64,000 nucleotides of DNA, taken from assembly GCF_001949145.1 (NCBI RefSeq), contig NW_019091360.1, forward strand, positions 2,602,864 to 2,666,863, written 5' to 3'. Position 1 is the first letter of the stretch. Every line of letters starts with the position of its first letter. Positions 52,126-64,000 of this stretch are shown one piece after another. The notes below the pieces were generated by a model. It was given only the letters and a program-made list of their open reading frames with translations, had not been told where the DNA came from and searched no databases. A program made the translations under genes and the position numbers. The DNA comes from Acanthaster planci (lineage: Eukaryota).

Positions 52126-54168
52126 AAAATCAAACAAAAAACAGCCCCCCAAGATAGTCATTCTTAAAGTTAAGGTGGCATGAATGTACATGTTGCAACT
52201 AGATCTTAAAAAGGTTGCTTTTAAAGTGTAGCTGCAATGAATTTTTCTTAGACGCAATTTTTTCTTGAACTTTGTATTCTTCAATGTATGAAAACTATAA
52301 CATCCCTGTGGTTAAATGCACTGAAAGTGCATGCTGTTGCTAGGAAGACATCTTGGGAAGACATGGTTCAGGGCGTAGGCATTTCTGTTCTAATGGCGAC
52401 ACCCAGACTTTACTTACTGGAAGCTTTTCTGAGAGAGGGATTGATGCTTTCTTACTGCTATGCACATAACTAATAATCAGCAAAAAAGAGAAAACTGTCT
52501 GTGCACAAACCAATATAACATTGAAACCTTTTGCCTGGGATGACATCACAGTTTTGTTTATGAATATGGAAATTACTCATAAGCATAAAAACCAAAGAGG
52601 TGGTAAAATACCCTTTGAATTAGTGAAACAAAAGTTGAAAATAAGGTGAACTGTACAAAGGTCCATTTGAAGGTCTGTAATAAAACAAAGTGATTGCAGC
52701 TACCCTTGGAGATTCTTCAGTGTGAAAAACCCTTTCAAACAAGAAAAACAGGAAACTAACTTTTAAACTGTAAATATCTTCTTGTTATGCAGTCATATAC
52801 ATAGTACATGTATTTCTCGAGACTGGTCCGTAATTTGGATAACATGTACGCCGCATCTGGTGTAATTTCAAAGAATGAGGAATTGAGGAACAGATCTTGC
52901 TGTACAAACATCATAGACGAAATCAACAGAATGAAGATGAACTAAAAGTCTATAAAATGCTGTTTTCTTTATTGAGACCACAACTTCTTACAGCAATTGT
53001 TCACTTATAAATTACAATTAAAATTAACGAAAGATATCACCCCCTTCTCCCTGAAAAGTAAGGTGCAGATCGACCCAGAAAATATAACAAGATCTCCAAA
53101 AAGTTACTTTCTCTTTTCAGGGTGGAGAGACTTTACTGCATTTGTAGAAAGTGACTCCCGGCCACCTCAATGTGAGAAGTACTTTTGGCAACTGCCTTTG
53201 GCACCTTGGCTTGCTTTTACCTTGACCATGCTGTAGCTGTGTCCGTCAACAGCTTTGCCACTGTCACAATGATTAACCCTCAACAGAATACATTGTACAT
53301 GAAAGAAGATGAACCTTTCTGAAAGCTGTCCGCTTCATTAGTGACTTCGTCGTACACGCGCACGCACCACTGATGACAAGCTCCTGCTGGATGGACACTC
53401 AAATTGTGTCATTAAACCTCTGCTTCAGTGGTTCGGATGCTATCCTATGTGTCGTAAGCGCAGTCTGAGCTTAAGTAACGTCACACTAATAAACTGGATA
53501 TGCTCGGCGCGGAGCAACAGAGGGCGCTGCTGTTACCAGATGGTGTTTAAGGCCGTACCCGAATGACTTGGCTGAGCAATAACATAACCACCTGTGGAAG
53601 GCCCAGTCTGCCTCTCTGTATCCATGACGGTACCTGACCTGTGCCCCAAGTCCACGTAGAAGAAAGCTGATTTGCCTGATTGTTTGAATTCACTTGTCTA
53701 TCTAATGCTGATGGAGAAACTTCTTCAAGCTGCTTCTGTAAGCTTTCTTTGGCAAAGACCACAGTTAGGTTGAAGTAAGCCACAACGGACTGCTCTCAAT
53801 CACTCACGTGACCGAACCTATACCCCCCATTGTCGTAGAAGACTGCGGTGCTGCGCACTGTGCTTAGATTGTAGGCAAGCCTTCAGAGCTTTACAATTGG
53901 CAGGAAGTTTAAGAACGACATGGAGTCAGCGACCAACATTGGAATGATAGGATAACTACAGCGGCACCTGGCACAAGTCATGACCATTGTGCTATTTGAT
54001 ATTGGAATCCATGGAAACCAAGCTATTTGTTTAATTCAAACGGTACGGCGCGCGGCTGCTAAATAACTGCTTGCCTGCTGCAATGGTGGCTGATCTCAAG
54101 AAAAACAAATCCCTGTGGTCACATGGTATTTTGGCATCTTGACTAAACCCTACACCGCTTCCCTTAGC

Positions 54169-57100
54169 CTAGGCCATATTCTGGGCCAATTCAATGGCTG
54201 TCTGTAAGCCCATAGGTGTCCATACGTGTCCCTGGTGGACATAAACAACAGATCGCTCTATGTAGATATTAAGAGGGCCCAACACGTACACATTCTTCCC
54301 TTCATGTCGCCGGTTGGTGGGTAGGAAAACAATATTGTTCTCCGATGCCTGCAAAATGGAATAAAAATGATACGTAAGCAACACCGATATCACAGCACTT
54401 GATCCGTACTCTTTTTAGCAATACTTATGAGAAGCCCTCCAATCATAACAAAAAAGAACTCATTTTTTTCTTCAAGTGCAAAACTAGCAAGAGTTCTCAT
54501 TTTCTCTCAAAGTTATCCACAAAAGAACGAAGTATAAAAAGCAACAACGTATAAAGAAAAGATCTCTGTCACGGCTGAAAAAGTACTTTTGGCCTGATAC
54601 TCAACGTGTAAGAGGTCAAAAAATTGAGTGAACAAAGAAATCAAGTTGTCCTAGAAGTAGGAATTTCTCTCATTCCGTACATTTGTAATGAGTGTTCTCA
54701 ATTTTTGATTTACATCAGCAAAAAAAATGCCTTTAAACTTGAAGTCACGCACCTTCTTTTCAACTAGATCCCTGAAGTTGGTAGGCACAGTGATGGTTGG
54801 AGCGCTTGACTGTCTCGCCTGCTGGAATAAGAATGGCAGTTGAGTTTAGATTACTTCTTCAAGAACTGTCTGAGGGGGTTTATCATGCAATCACGCAGTA
54901 CAGAGGGCCAATTAGTAGATCCCGGCATGGAGCTGTTATACGCAAGGAGTAAGCACATAGAGAGGTCAAAAGGGTCAATGATGGCCACGGCAAGCACTGC
55001 ACGTACTGCAAGGACAAATCAAATTTCGCGCCGTTTGCGGGCTACAAGGAATGCTGGGAATTGCATTTGGAACGGATTGTGGGTACCGTGTACGCATGTC
55101 CGTAACACTTCCGCATGTTCAACATGGCCACCATGAGATGAAAATCACCGTCCTCGGAGACTTAAATTTCGATAATTTTAGTGATTGTTCTGATATTTCA
55201 ATGATAATGAAAGTCTGGTTGCCTCTTTACATCACCAAAACGTCTCTCTTAACAATAAACCAAATTACTAAAACAAAAATATGTGAAAAGAAAACTGAAA
55301 GAATGTAGCTGGTCCAGAGGAAAATAAAAAAACACACAAACACACGGGAGGATTCGTTGTCCTTCCTGTCATTGGCCACTATTGACCAGGCATGAAACCT
55401 CGTCACGTTGTCAAATGCATTCCTGTGGCATGTTTCCACCTTCTTCTAACCGTAGGAACCACTAGGATTGCGACTTATGATATAAATATCGCAGTTCATA
55501 TTTTGGGTATTTATTCTCTACCACCAGAACTGCAAAATGTCGTAACTGACTTAAAAAATTTCTGACTTTTTCTGAATAACCACCGCTGATTCAGAATTTT
55601 TGAGCGCATCTGCGGAGATCACTCGTTGACTCTTGAGGACTACAGGAGAGAATTACGAATCTTCTTCGTGCATCTTTTCCACCATTTAGTTTTACTCCAT
55701 TATGCTGCAGGGAAACACAGCGAGTCTGTGGGCTACCAGCTACCTGGCGGTGGTGATCACTGCCTAGAAAGATTGTCTAGGGTCTTCAACACTGGGGCCA
55801 GTAACCGCGCTTTGTCTATGGAGCCAACCCGAGCGGCTAATCGGAGTACGGTCTGTAGGGACTTATTCTAACTCCTTGTGTTTAATACCTCCATGATCCC
55901 GGTAACTCACCATTGGTTCTGGCTCCCATCTGCTGCTGCTTGTTGCTTCTCTCTGCCGCCGCAGGCTGCTGACGTAGGCCATGTTATCGGCGTCTCGCAC
56001 AGGATGTGCACCTGAGACTGCTTGGTTCATGACATCAAGCGCATCCTTCAAGTAAGCTGCACATAAACAAATTATTGTCACATCACGAGAAATTGATATC
56101 TGCTCTGCTTTTCATTTGTCTGCCCTCTGTTTTTGTTGCTTAATCTGACAATTTCAGAGGATCTTCCGTGAGAAAAACATCTATCCTACTTTGGCTTTTA
56201 AAAAGAAAAACAGCGCAGGGGTGATGCAAGACGTAATGATAATGTCGCAGGAGGAATGATTCCCAACATCCATTCATGGTGTACCAACAGGCTGTTGATT
56301 TTAATTTAGTTTGGCAGAATTTTTTCATGCTTGGGTATTACATGCTTAGCAGGCCAAAGATATTGATGCTTATATTCCACCAATCCCTCCCACTTGAATT
56401 TATGGTAATTTGTTTCCGCTTGGTTAAGTGCTTAGTTGGTGGAATTGACGCTTACCTTTGACGGCCGGCTCCTCCCGGATGCGTTCGGGCAGCAGTCCTT
56501 TCCAGCCTAGATACCACTCGCTGACCTCCTCGTAGTCCGGGTTGTTGCCCAGCCAGGAGCACAGGACCTGAAGCCACTTGGGCAAGAAGTGCTTCTCAAA
56601 CAGGCTAGCCAGCGTTGGGGTTGGAAGTAACTCTTCCCAGTCTACCACCCAGCGGTAAGGCTCTGAGATTTGAAATTAAATAAAGGTAAAGGCACCTTGC
56701 TGAGAGACTCTGACATGATAAAGGGACACGACGTCAAGTCAGTGCTATAAGGTCCTTATTGAAGAAGAACATGAAATAGGGCAAGATGATTTGGAGAAAT
56801 TTCAAGTATACCGGCCCAAGAAATTGGCCAAGCAAATAAAAATAGCCTGGTAGTGATGTCCTGTTACAATTACCATAAACATTTCTTTCAAGCACACAAT
56901 AAGGTCGAAGGGATATTTTCCAAAAATCATCTGACTACCGTAGGGATCTTTCAGTATTGAACCGATAATGTCTAACTATGGTTGCCACGAAGCCACCAGC
57001 CCTTGGTGACGACTGAGTGAAACCCCTTTAGTGAGATAGTAATATTCTGGTGGATTCAATTGTTTTGGGCAGCAGGTTTTGTACGCTCTGTCTCCAGGCA

Positions 57101-60100
57101 ATGACCATTGCACGACGTAATGCAAGCAGACGGTGAGTGAGATGGCACTTAACATTTGAACCAATCAGCTGTGCCTGCATATTCAGATAGCAACACTGCG
57201 CTTACACTTCAGAGTCAAATGGTTGACATGTTGATAGCCAGTTTGCCAACCACAAATGTTATTCCTTCTGAAAGATAAACTAGACTCCTGCCACTGAGAA
57301 TATATTGTTGTACATAAAAGGCTTTTGCATAGTGAACTGAGCAGACTGGCATTGTTGATAATGTGACAAACTCTGACAGGGCACACTTTTATTTATTTAT
57401 TTATTCATATATCTGATCATCCAACAGCACATTTAGCGCCAATTACGGGATGAAGTGAAAAAATGTTACATTTTAGAGGTGGGAGGAAAACCCTGGATAA
57501 CTCTTCCAGGGAATACCCATGGAATCAGGCAGGGACTGAAAACCCAATCCACATGCTGACCCTGGTGGGACTTGAACCGGGGTCGCAGAGGAGGAAGGTG
57601 AGGGAAAGAACCACTACACCAACTCACTCCCATCATCCACAGGAATAAAAGTGTGACAGGTGTACAGTGTGACAGGTACCCCATCAATATGGAGGAGGGG
57701 AGCACCCTGGTAGTCAACTTTTCAAAGGATCAAGTTGTACCCCAGAGGTCACTCACCGAGATGCTGGTCGTAGGGGTTGATGACAAACTCCTGCAGGCAG
57801 ACAGCCAGCTTGGGCACGATGTTCCTGACCAGGAAAGCCTCCAGGGTCCCCCGGGAGAACACCCTCCGCCAGGGCATCAAGATGGTCTTGGCCGAGGTGT
57901 CGCTGGGGTGCCAGTTGGTAAGAGCCTTGGCCAGCTTCTGTCGGATGGGGATGTACAACGGCTCCAGCTTATCACCTACGGCAGGGAACACAATCATTCA
58001 ACTGACAACAGTGACATTTTCAATCAAAAATCAAATGCTTGGCAGTTCTTATTTCAATGTGTAAAAAAAAAGTGTGGCTAGCCTGTGAAAGGAACTAACA
58101 TGTGGTTAACAACTGTTATCAAGTGTTCAGGATTACATTTGGATGATTCTCAAATCAATAACAGCAAAAAGCATGGGCGGCTTTTTCAAGGGATTCACCT
58201 GTAATTCTTTCACATGACCTGCTCCCACAAATTAACTAAAAGCTGAATTTATCGAAAACTGTGATTATCCTGCTGGACAAAAGAACTTTCTAATGGTATA
58301 AAACATGTAAGGCAATGCCTGGAGAGAGGGAGAGATCTTGGAGCGGCGACAGACCTTTCATCCATGTTTCCAATATTATTTTAACAACTACTGTGAAAAC
58401 TGACTTTGAAAATGATGTTCTTAAACATCCAATTGTACTACAAATTCGGAATTGGATGAAACCAGCTAGCATGTTCCAAATATTACCATAAGGATGGACC
58501 ATCCCTTTGATTTTTGGCTCTGATCCTAATTTAAAGTTGCATGACGTAAAGATTTTCCATTTTCAAAATTCTTCAAAAAATCATAGCTTCATTTACTGGA
58601 CATTTACACCCACAAGAATGACTGTCTGGTGGCTACTCTTATCTGACAGACAACATCTATTGATGCCCTAGTATTTCAGCCAGGTCTGCTGCCTTGTAAA
58701 AAAGAGCCCAGATTGTGTGGTGTTATGTAATTTTCTTTTGTTCCCAAAACTGGCACAGTGCGCTACTGGCGTTTTTTCAATAGGGGCCAGGTTAGCAGTG
58801 CTGTATCGCTCATCACTGGAGCTCTGGAGCGCTTTTGTCCCTAGTGGTAATCCGCTTGTGCTGAATGCCACAAACAGTGGTATAATCTTTCAAAACAATG
58901 TCGGATTTCCTCTGCTATTGACAGCTAAAAAATGTTGGCAATTCCCAGTAGCTCGGGCTTCTGTTCCAAGTGCGGTCTTTTGTTACAAGGCCCAGCTCTT
59001 TTTTTTTGATTTTGGGCTCCATGACTGTGCGTATGAATAACACGTACCCGAAACCGGGCTCCCCGGCAGCATATGGTTAATATTTAACCAAAATCCAGTA
59101 TCTGGTTTCAATGTTACACAGTCTGCAGTTGGAGACCCACATTTTGAATACATCAAATGCTACATCAGGTTATTGTACTGTGCTGAAGTTTGGAGTTTTT
59201 TAGGAGGTGAAGTTTGTACAAGATTTTAATACCCATCAGAGGGAGCCAAGGGTGTAACCAGGCATGTATCGGGACGACGTCGGCCACTGGGTTCCACTCG
59301 TCCACGGTCTCTTGGAGACGGGGGTAGATAAGCTGGTCTAAGATGTTGTTGAGGAGCCACTGGGGCAGCAAGGGAAGCCAGTTCTCCAGCAGCTCTGGAG
59401 GATAAAAGGGATGGCGAGTCATTGGATGAAAAAGTAGCAAATTAGGGGCCTCTTTGTTTCATACTGATCTGGATCTCCCGGGGTGAGATTGGAGGAAGAT
59501 GAAATATCTCTAAAGTCACCACCACAGGTTTGGATTGCACTACATCAGCATAGGGTCTATCGAACTTTTTCAACCACGTGACTGGGTTGTGCTAAATGGA
59601 AACTATTCCACCACATGTGAACCACCTTAGNNNNNNNNNNNNNNNNNNNNNNNNNNNNNNNNNNNNNNNNNNNNNNNNNNNNNNNNNNNNNNNNNNNNNN
59701 NNNNNNNNNNNNNNNNNNNNNNNNNNNNNNNNNNNNNNNNNNNNNNNNNNNNNNNNNNNNNNNNNNNNNNNNNNNNNNNNNNNNNNNNNNNNNNNNNNNN
59801 NNNNNNNNNNNNNNNNNNNNNNNNNNNNNNNNNNNNNNNNNNNNNNNNNNNNNNNNNNNNNNNNNNNNNNNNNNNNNNNNNNNNNNNNNNNNNNNNNNNN
59901 NNNNNNNNNNNNNNNNNNNNNNNNNNNNNNNNNNNNNNNNNNNNNNNCTTCAACCACGTGACTGGGTTGTGCTAAATGGAAACACTACTTGAGAGCTCTT
60001 GTGGATACGCCATGTGAGGGCACTAAATCAAAACAAGAAGCGTGGTTCTTAGAAGAACCGAGGTTAAAAAACAACGGCGTTTGAGTCAGTATGCTCTGAC

Positions 60101-61879
60101 CATCTTCAGGAGAAAGTCTAAATTTTGGAAAAGGGGACTTAAACACGTGGGAGATAGTTAGTGATAAGGAGGTTGCTTTTCAACTTTGGCAAAAGGAGAT
60201 AACCGCTTTCAAAATGTCCAAACTTGGCGTCAATTTATTGAGTATTTTGTCCGATTTCAGGCCACTTTTACCAATGATAGGGTCGCACTCTCTCATATTC
60301 CAGTTGCTGATGGCCCGACGGAATTGCGGCATCCAGATGTCCCAGGCCAGCCTCTCGTACACCGTCATGGTCTTGCCATTGGGCAGCAGGAAGCGGCTGT
60401 CATCCATGTCTAGCAAACCCTTCCACCTTTTGAAGAGGTCCACATGCTTGTTGCTGTCCCTGAGAGCATTCCAAGACCTCAGCTCTTCTTTTATCTGAAA
60501 AAGGACAGCACAGGGCAGACATAATGCTGATGTCTTTGGCACATGTAGCTGTGGTAATTAAAAGCACTGCTAGGGCTGTGCTGAATATTTGAATATTAAA
60601 TTAATCAAATATTCATTTTGGAAATGGATGCAAAGTGGTGAAAAATTCAAAACGGGTGATTCACTGTGTAGCGTGCCACAAAGAAGTTGACATGCAGAGG
60701 CCATTTTTGCAGTGCATTGTGGGAAAACGGTTGACAAATTTTATTCATCAGCTGCACGCAGGGAACTTGAATTTTTCCCCATATTTGTTTGTTTGGGTAG
60801 AAGATTCACAAGTGCAGTTTGAATATCCGTTTGAAGTCATCAAGATGGTGCACTTTTGTCAGGAGGCAGAATGCTGCTCAGATACTCTGAAACTCCAAAT
60901 ATCTCACAATTTCTCAAGATAAATGCCATATTTTTGTCGCGTGTAAACTTGGAAAATAGCCCCCCCATAGAAATCTTTTGGTGGCGCAACATACTGTAAA
61001 TCACTTGTGTTAAGTAGGGTACGGATCAATGTCTGGAAACTCAGTGAGGTACACCACTAAAAAACAATTACTGTAAATTTTAACCTTTCAATCAATCTGT
61101 GTAACCCTAACCCCCTAGGCCTTTTTACTAGGAACCATCCTCAATCCTCCAAAATCCTCTGATTTTCGGCATGAAAAAATTGCATTCAGCCTCAATCCTC
61201 CGAAATTTCTTGAAAATGTTATTTGGAGGTGTGCCTACTGCCTCAATCCTTCAAAATCCTCCGGCAATTCCTGTCATTATGTTGAGGCAGTGCAAAGGGC
61301 ATTCTTGAGCTGTGCAGTTGATTCAAAAGAAATATCGAGCTGAATTTGTGTTTGACTAAGCAAAAACAACACAAGGTCTAATCCACGACCTTCACAGATG
61401 GCATCCTTCGCAATCAGCCATGCACTTTTGCCATTCACCCTCAATCCTCCAAAATCCTCCAAAACCATCCGAAGAACTTTGGAGGATTCAGGAGGGTGTA
61501 CCATGCTCATGAATATTTTACCATAGAAACAGGAATTTTAGAAACGAAATAATGTTCCGTGTTTGGATTGTGGCAGAATGTTTCACCAAAAAAAATGCAC
61601 TGGCTCACCAGCGGTAAGACAATTACAGCGGCAAGCTGTGACAACTCAAATGCTCTATACTCCTCCCGATAGTCGCTCTGCAGTGTCTTGAAGATCTCCT
61701 CGCAGTCGTCCAGGGAGAGGGGGTCGGGGCAGCCGGGCTTGGACCGCGCCTCACACTGCTCCACGATGCCCATGATCTTCTCCAGCTGGGAGATCTGCCG
61801 CTCCTCCTGGTTGAGGACGGCCCGGAGTTTGCCCTGCTCGTGCTGGAGGTTGACGACCATGTCCTCCTCGTGGTGTAAC
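54169..61879 (-). CDS. TFIP11: Tuftelin-interacting protein 11 (spliceosome disassembly factor), 3' part; G-patch exons lie beyond the right edge
   Basis: Exons 61879-61609, 60494-60272, 59394-59233, 57975-57757, 56662-56456, 56056-55911, 54821-54753 and 54348-54169, all phase-consistent. GCFC-region motifs: [76 protein letters not shown] and [15 protein letters not shown]. Confidence 0.95.
57470..57630 (-). mobile_element. tRNA-derived SINE in a TFIP11 intron
   Basis: Minus-strand A box GGTGTAGTGG (57620-57611) and B box GGTTCAAGTCC (57578-57568), followed by a non-tRNA body ending GGGTTTTCCTCCCACCTC. Confidence 0.7.
59631..59947. other. Assembly gap (N run)
   Basis: 317 N bases, with the same ~35-bp sequence on both sides. 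Confidence 1.
61016..61505. repeat. Intronic element with repeated CCTCAATCCTCCAAAATCC motifs
   Basis: The motif occurs at ~61139, 61190, 61241 and 61439, with a partial inverted copy at ~61479-61497. Ends are TAGGGTAC / GTACCATG. Confidence 0.5.
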
Positions 61880-62103
61880 CTGGAGAGGGTAGAGAACATG
61901 TGCAGAGGGATTGATTGAGGGATATGACAAAAGAGGATCATCTCAATTTCTGGCAATTCTCGACTTTAAAATACTGAGGTATAACATAAAAGTGAAACCA
62001 AGGTAATGAAACTGTAAAGCTAATAAATAAGGCAGAAAAGTGTTTCTCATGTCAAGTAATGTAGAGGTTTTTGAAACGGAGGCATCAAGTAACTTTAAAA
62101 GTA

Positions 62104-63304
62104 TGGTAAAACCTTGATACCTCAAATCTCTGGGGAATGGACAAAAAATTTAAGTTATCCGAAATTCGAGTTAAAAGAAGGTCCCGATTTCTTTTGAAGT
62201 TAAGTCATTATTACGATGTGTATCATAACATGTACCGATACGCTGATGCACAGTACTGTAAATCTCCTTGACTTTTGAAATGACATTGTGGTTATTTTAT
62301 ACTTTGGTGCAACAAGTTTTTATTCATAGAAAGACATTCTAGCGGAGGATTTTTGCTGTCAATCGGCTGATAAATAACATATTACATGTACTGTACGTCA
62401 TTTAAACTGTGTACCTTTGTGTGGCAAATCTTTCTTTTGCGTTGTGCATTTGTGACGCATTGTGGTGGTCCCATTTCTGATACCGTGCACCGCAAAGCAG
62501 TGCCTTGCACATGCATACTCGGTTGGGTTTCCCGACGAGTCAGACGACTTTTTTCATCATATGAGGGTGCACCTTTTTGCACTTCCATAAAATTTTGTAA
62601 AAACAAAAATGCTGTTGGTGTCAGTTTTTATTTTTTGTTCTTTGTTATTTATTTTCAAACTTTTGTTTATTTTTTGGGAGTGAGATTTAGCTGCGCAAAA
62701 GCTCTGCATTGCAGTCATGTGGTTGGTCCACTGCGGCTGAGCATGCTGTGGTTTGTGGCTCCAATTGGGCAGCCATCGCATGGGCGAGCGCAAGTAGTTT
62801 TCCCAGACCATGAGGCCAGACTTAATTTCCGAACGTGCATGTGGCGCGTGTGGCATACACAAAGATCTCCAATGCATTGCCGCAGCCACTGCAAAGAGCC
62901 ATCAGTTGGCCTGCCGACGCACTGACTACAATGGGCCCACGGTAACAATTGGGCCAATTCCTGCAAGTCGGATTTTGCGGTCACAGTGTGGTTTACGTGT
63001 CTAGATTGATCATCACTGTAGCGTTCTTGCAAGTGTTCCGGTGTGAAAAGATGAAGTGTGCGTGTCAGAAATGATTCATAACTAGACCCACATTCTGTTT
63101 TCACTTTCTGGAAGTTTTTTGGCAGTGGTTTCTTTTGGATCTGTTACACAAAAACTTCGAGGTAAACAAATCCGGCAACGTGAGCAGTTTGAGTTACAGA
63201 TATTTTTTGTACATAAAAGCCTATTCTTTCGGCGGGGAATTCATTATTCTTCGAGTTAAGCCGGGTTACGAGTTAACCGACTTTGAGTTATCGAGATTTT
63301 ACGG
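62104..63304. mobile_element. Tigger/pogo-like non-autonomous DNA transposon in a TFIP11 intron
   Basis: Left end TA|TGGTAAAACCTTGATACCTCAAA. Right end reverse-complements to TA|CCGTAAAATCTCGATAACTCAAA. Subterminal TTCGAGTTA repeats are present. Same TIR class as 2950-3710. Confidence 0.65.
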
Positions 63305-64000
63305 TATATGGCAGTGTTGCTGATGAGTTGCTCTGTCAGACATGAGTCACAATACTTTCAACATGAGACATGAGTTTGGGGGAAAAAACTGACCTTGCAC
63401 ACATGGCTTAAAACTGACATAAAATTTGACTTGTTGACTTCATAACAGTTTTTGTTAAAATAAATGGAAGGAAACACTACACGTACGGAAATTAAATGGT
63501 GGCTTCCAATGTGCCAAGTAGCCTTGTGTGTGCTATCACTTGGAATATCGGCATATTTCAATCCAAAAATGGGGCAGAGAAGTCAGGCCAGTTTGGAGAA
63601 AATGTCACCTAAATAACCAATTTCAGAGAAAGTACCATGTTCATTATGACTACAGAGGGACTTCAATTGACGAGACTTGTGGAAAAATTTCTCTGGTCTT
63701 GACTGGTACAATAATCGCCTGGTTTGTACAACAACACTGCTTTAGCCCTAACCACACAGAATCCAACACCAGTAAAGTGTGTGAGTTTGTGGCATTGGGT
63801 ACTGGTAGCCAACTATCTGGTGTTTCATTTGGTGTGAATGGGTACTGTGGGCCTGCACATACACTGTACCCTGTTGAATTTTGACTGAATGGGTACATGT
63901 ACTGTGGCCCTCTCACTTTATCCCAGCAGTTGGGGATGGATATGCAGCTTGATGGTGTGTGAGTTTGTTTGAATAGGTACTGCCTGTCCATGTTCTTTGT

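Noticed and set aside
53335..53378. C/D snoRNA or hammerhead ribozyme around CACTGATGA in the TFIP11 3' region
   Set aside because: Only a short stem (TCATTAGTG/CACTGATGA) is present, with no properly placed box C/D pair or GAAA core.
62386..63104. ORFs of 110-179 aa inside the Tigger-like element as a transposase
   Set aside because: No HTH/CENP-B or DDE motifs were recognised, and the overlapping frames look random.

Overview
Eukaryotic, intron-rich genomic DNA from an animal, probably an invertebrate deuterostome such as an echinoderm or amphioxus. That assignment is an inference from gene content and repeat style. The window has two assembly gaps. Five spliced genes were reconstructed by hand with consistent splice phases. 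(1) A MYLIP/IDOL-like FERM gene (minus strand, ATG 19136) that runs off the left edge. (2) An 18-exon, ~1509-aa type I membrane protein (minus, 29828-21952): signal peptide, an HYKGGSITW-type N-terminal module, six bacterial-Ig-like (Big_5/SbsA-like) repeats, a ZP module, a furin site and a TM helix. (3) A 2-exon nucleotide-diphospho-sugar transferase (GT77-like, plus, 43904-45671) with NxD instead of DxD and a second, C-terminal hydrophobic segment. (4) SPC24 (plus, 49638-52125) with two minor-spliceosome introns, one AT-AC and one GT-AG. (5) The 3' part of TFIP11 (minus, 61879-54169). Non-coding DNA holds many small non-autonomous DNA transposons: TAG..CTA MITEs with perfect 9-bp TSDs, a 61-bp piggyBac-like element with telomere-like ends, and Tigger-like elements. 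It also holds tRNA-derived SINEs and short tandem repeats. The most unusual system is the ZP-domain protein with bacterial-style Ig repeats, one of which arose by a visible recent exon duplication. No database searches were run; homology calls rest on motif recognition.
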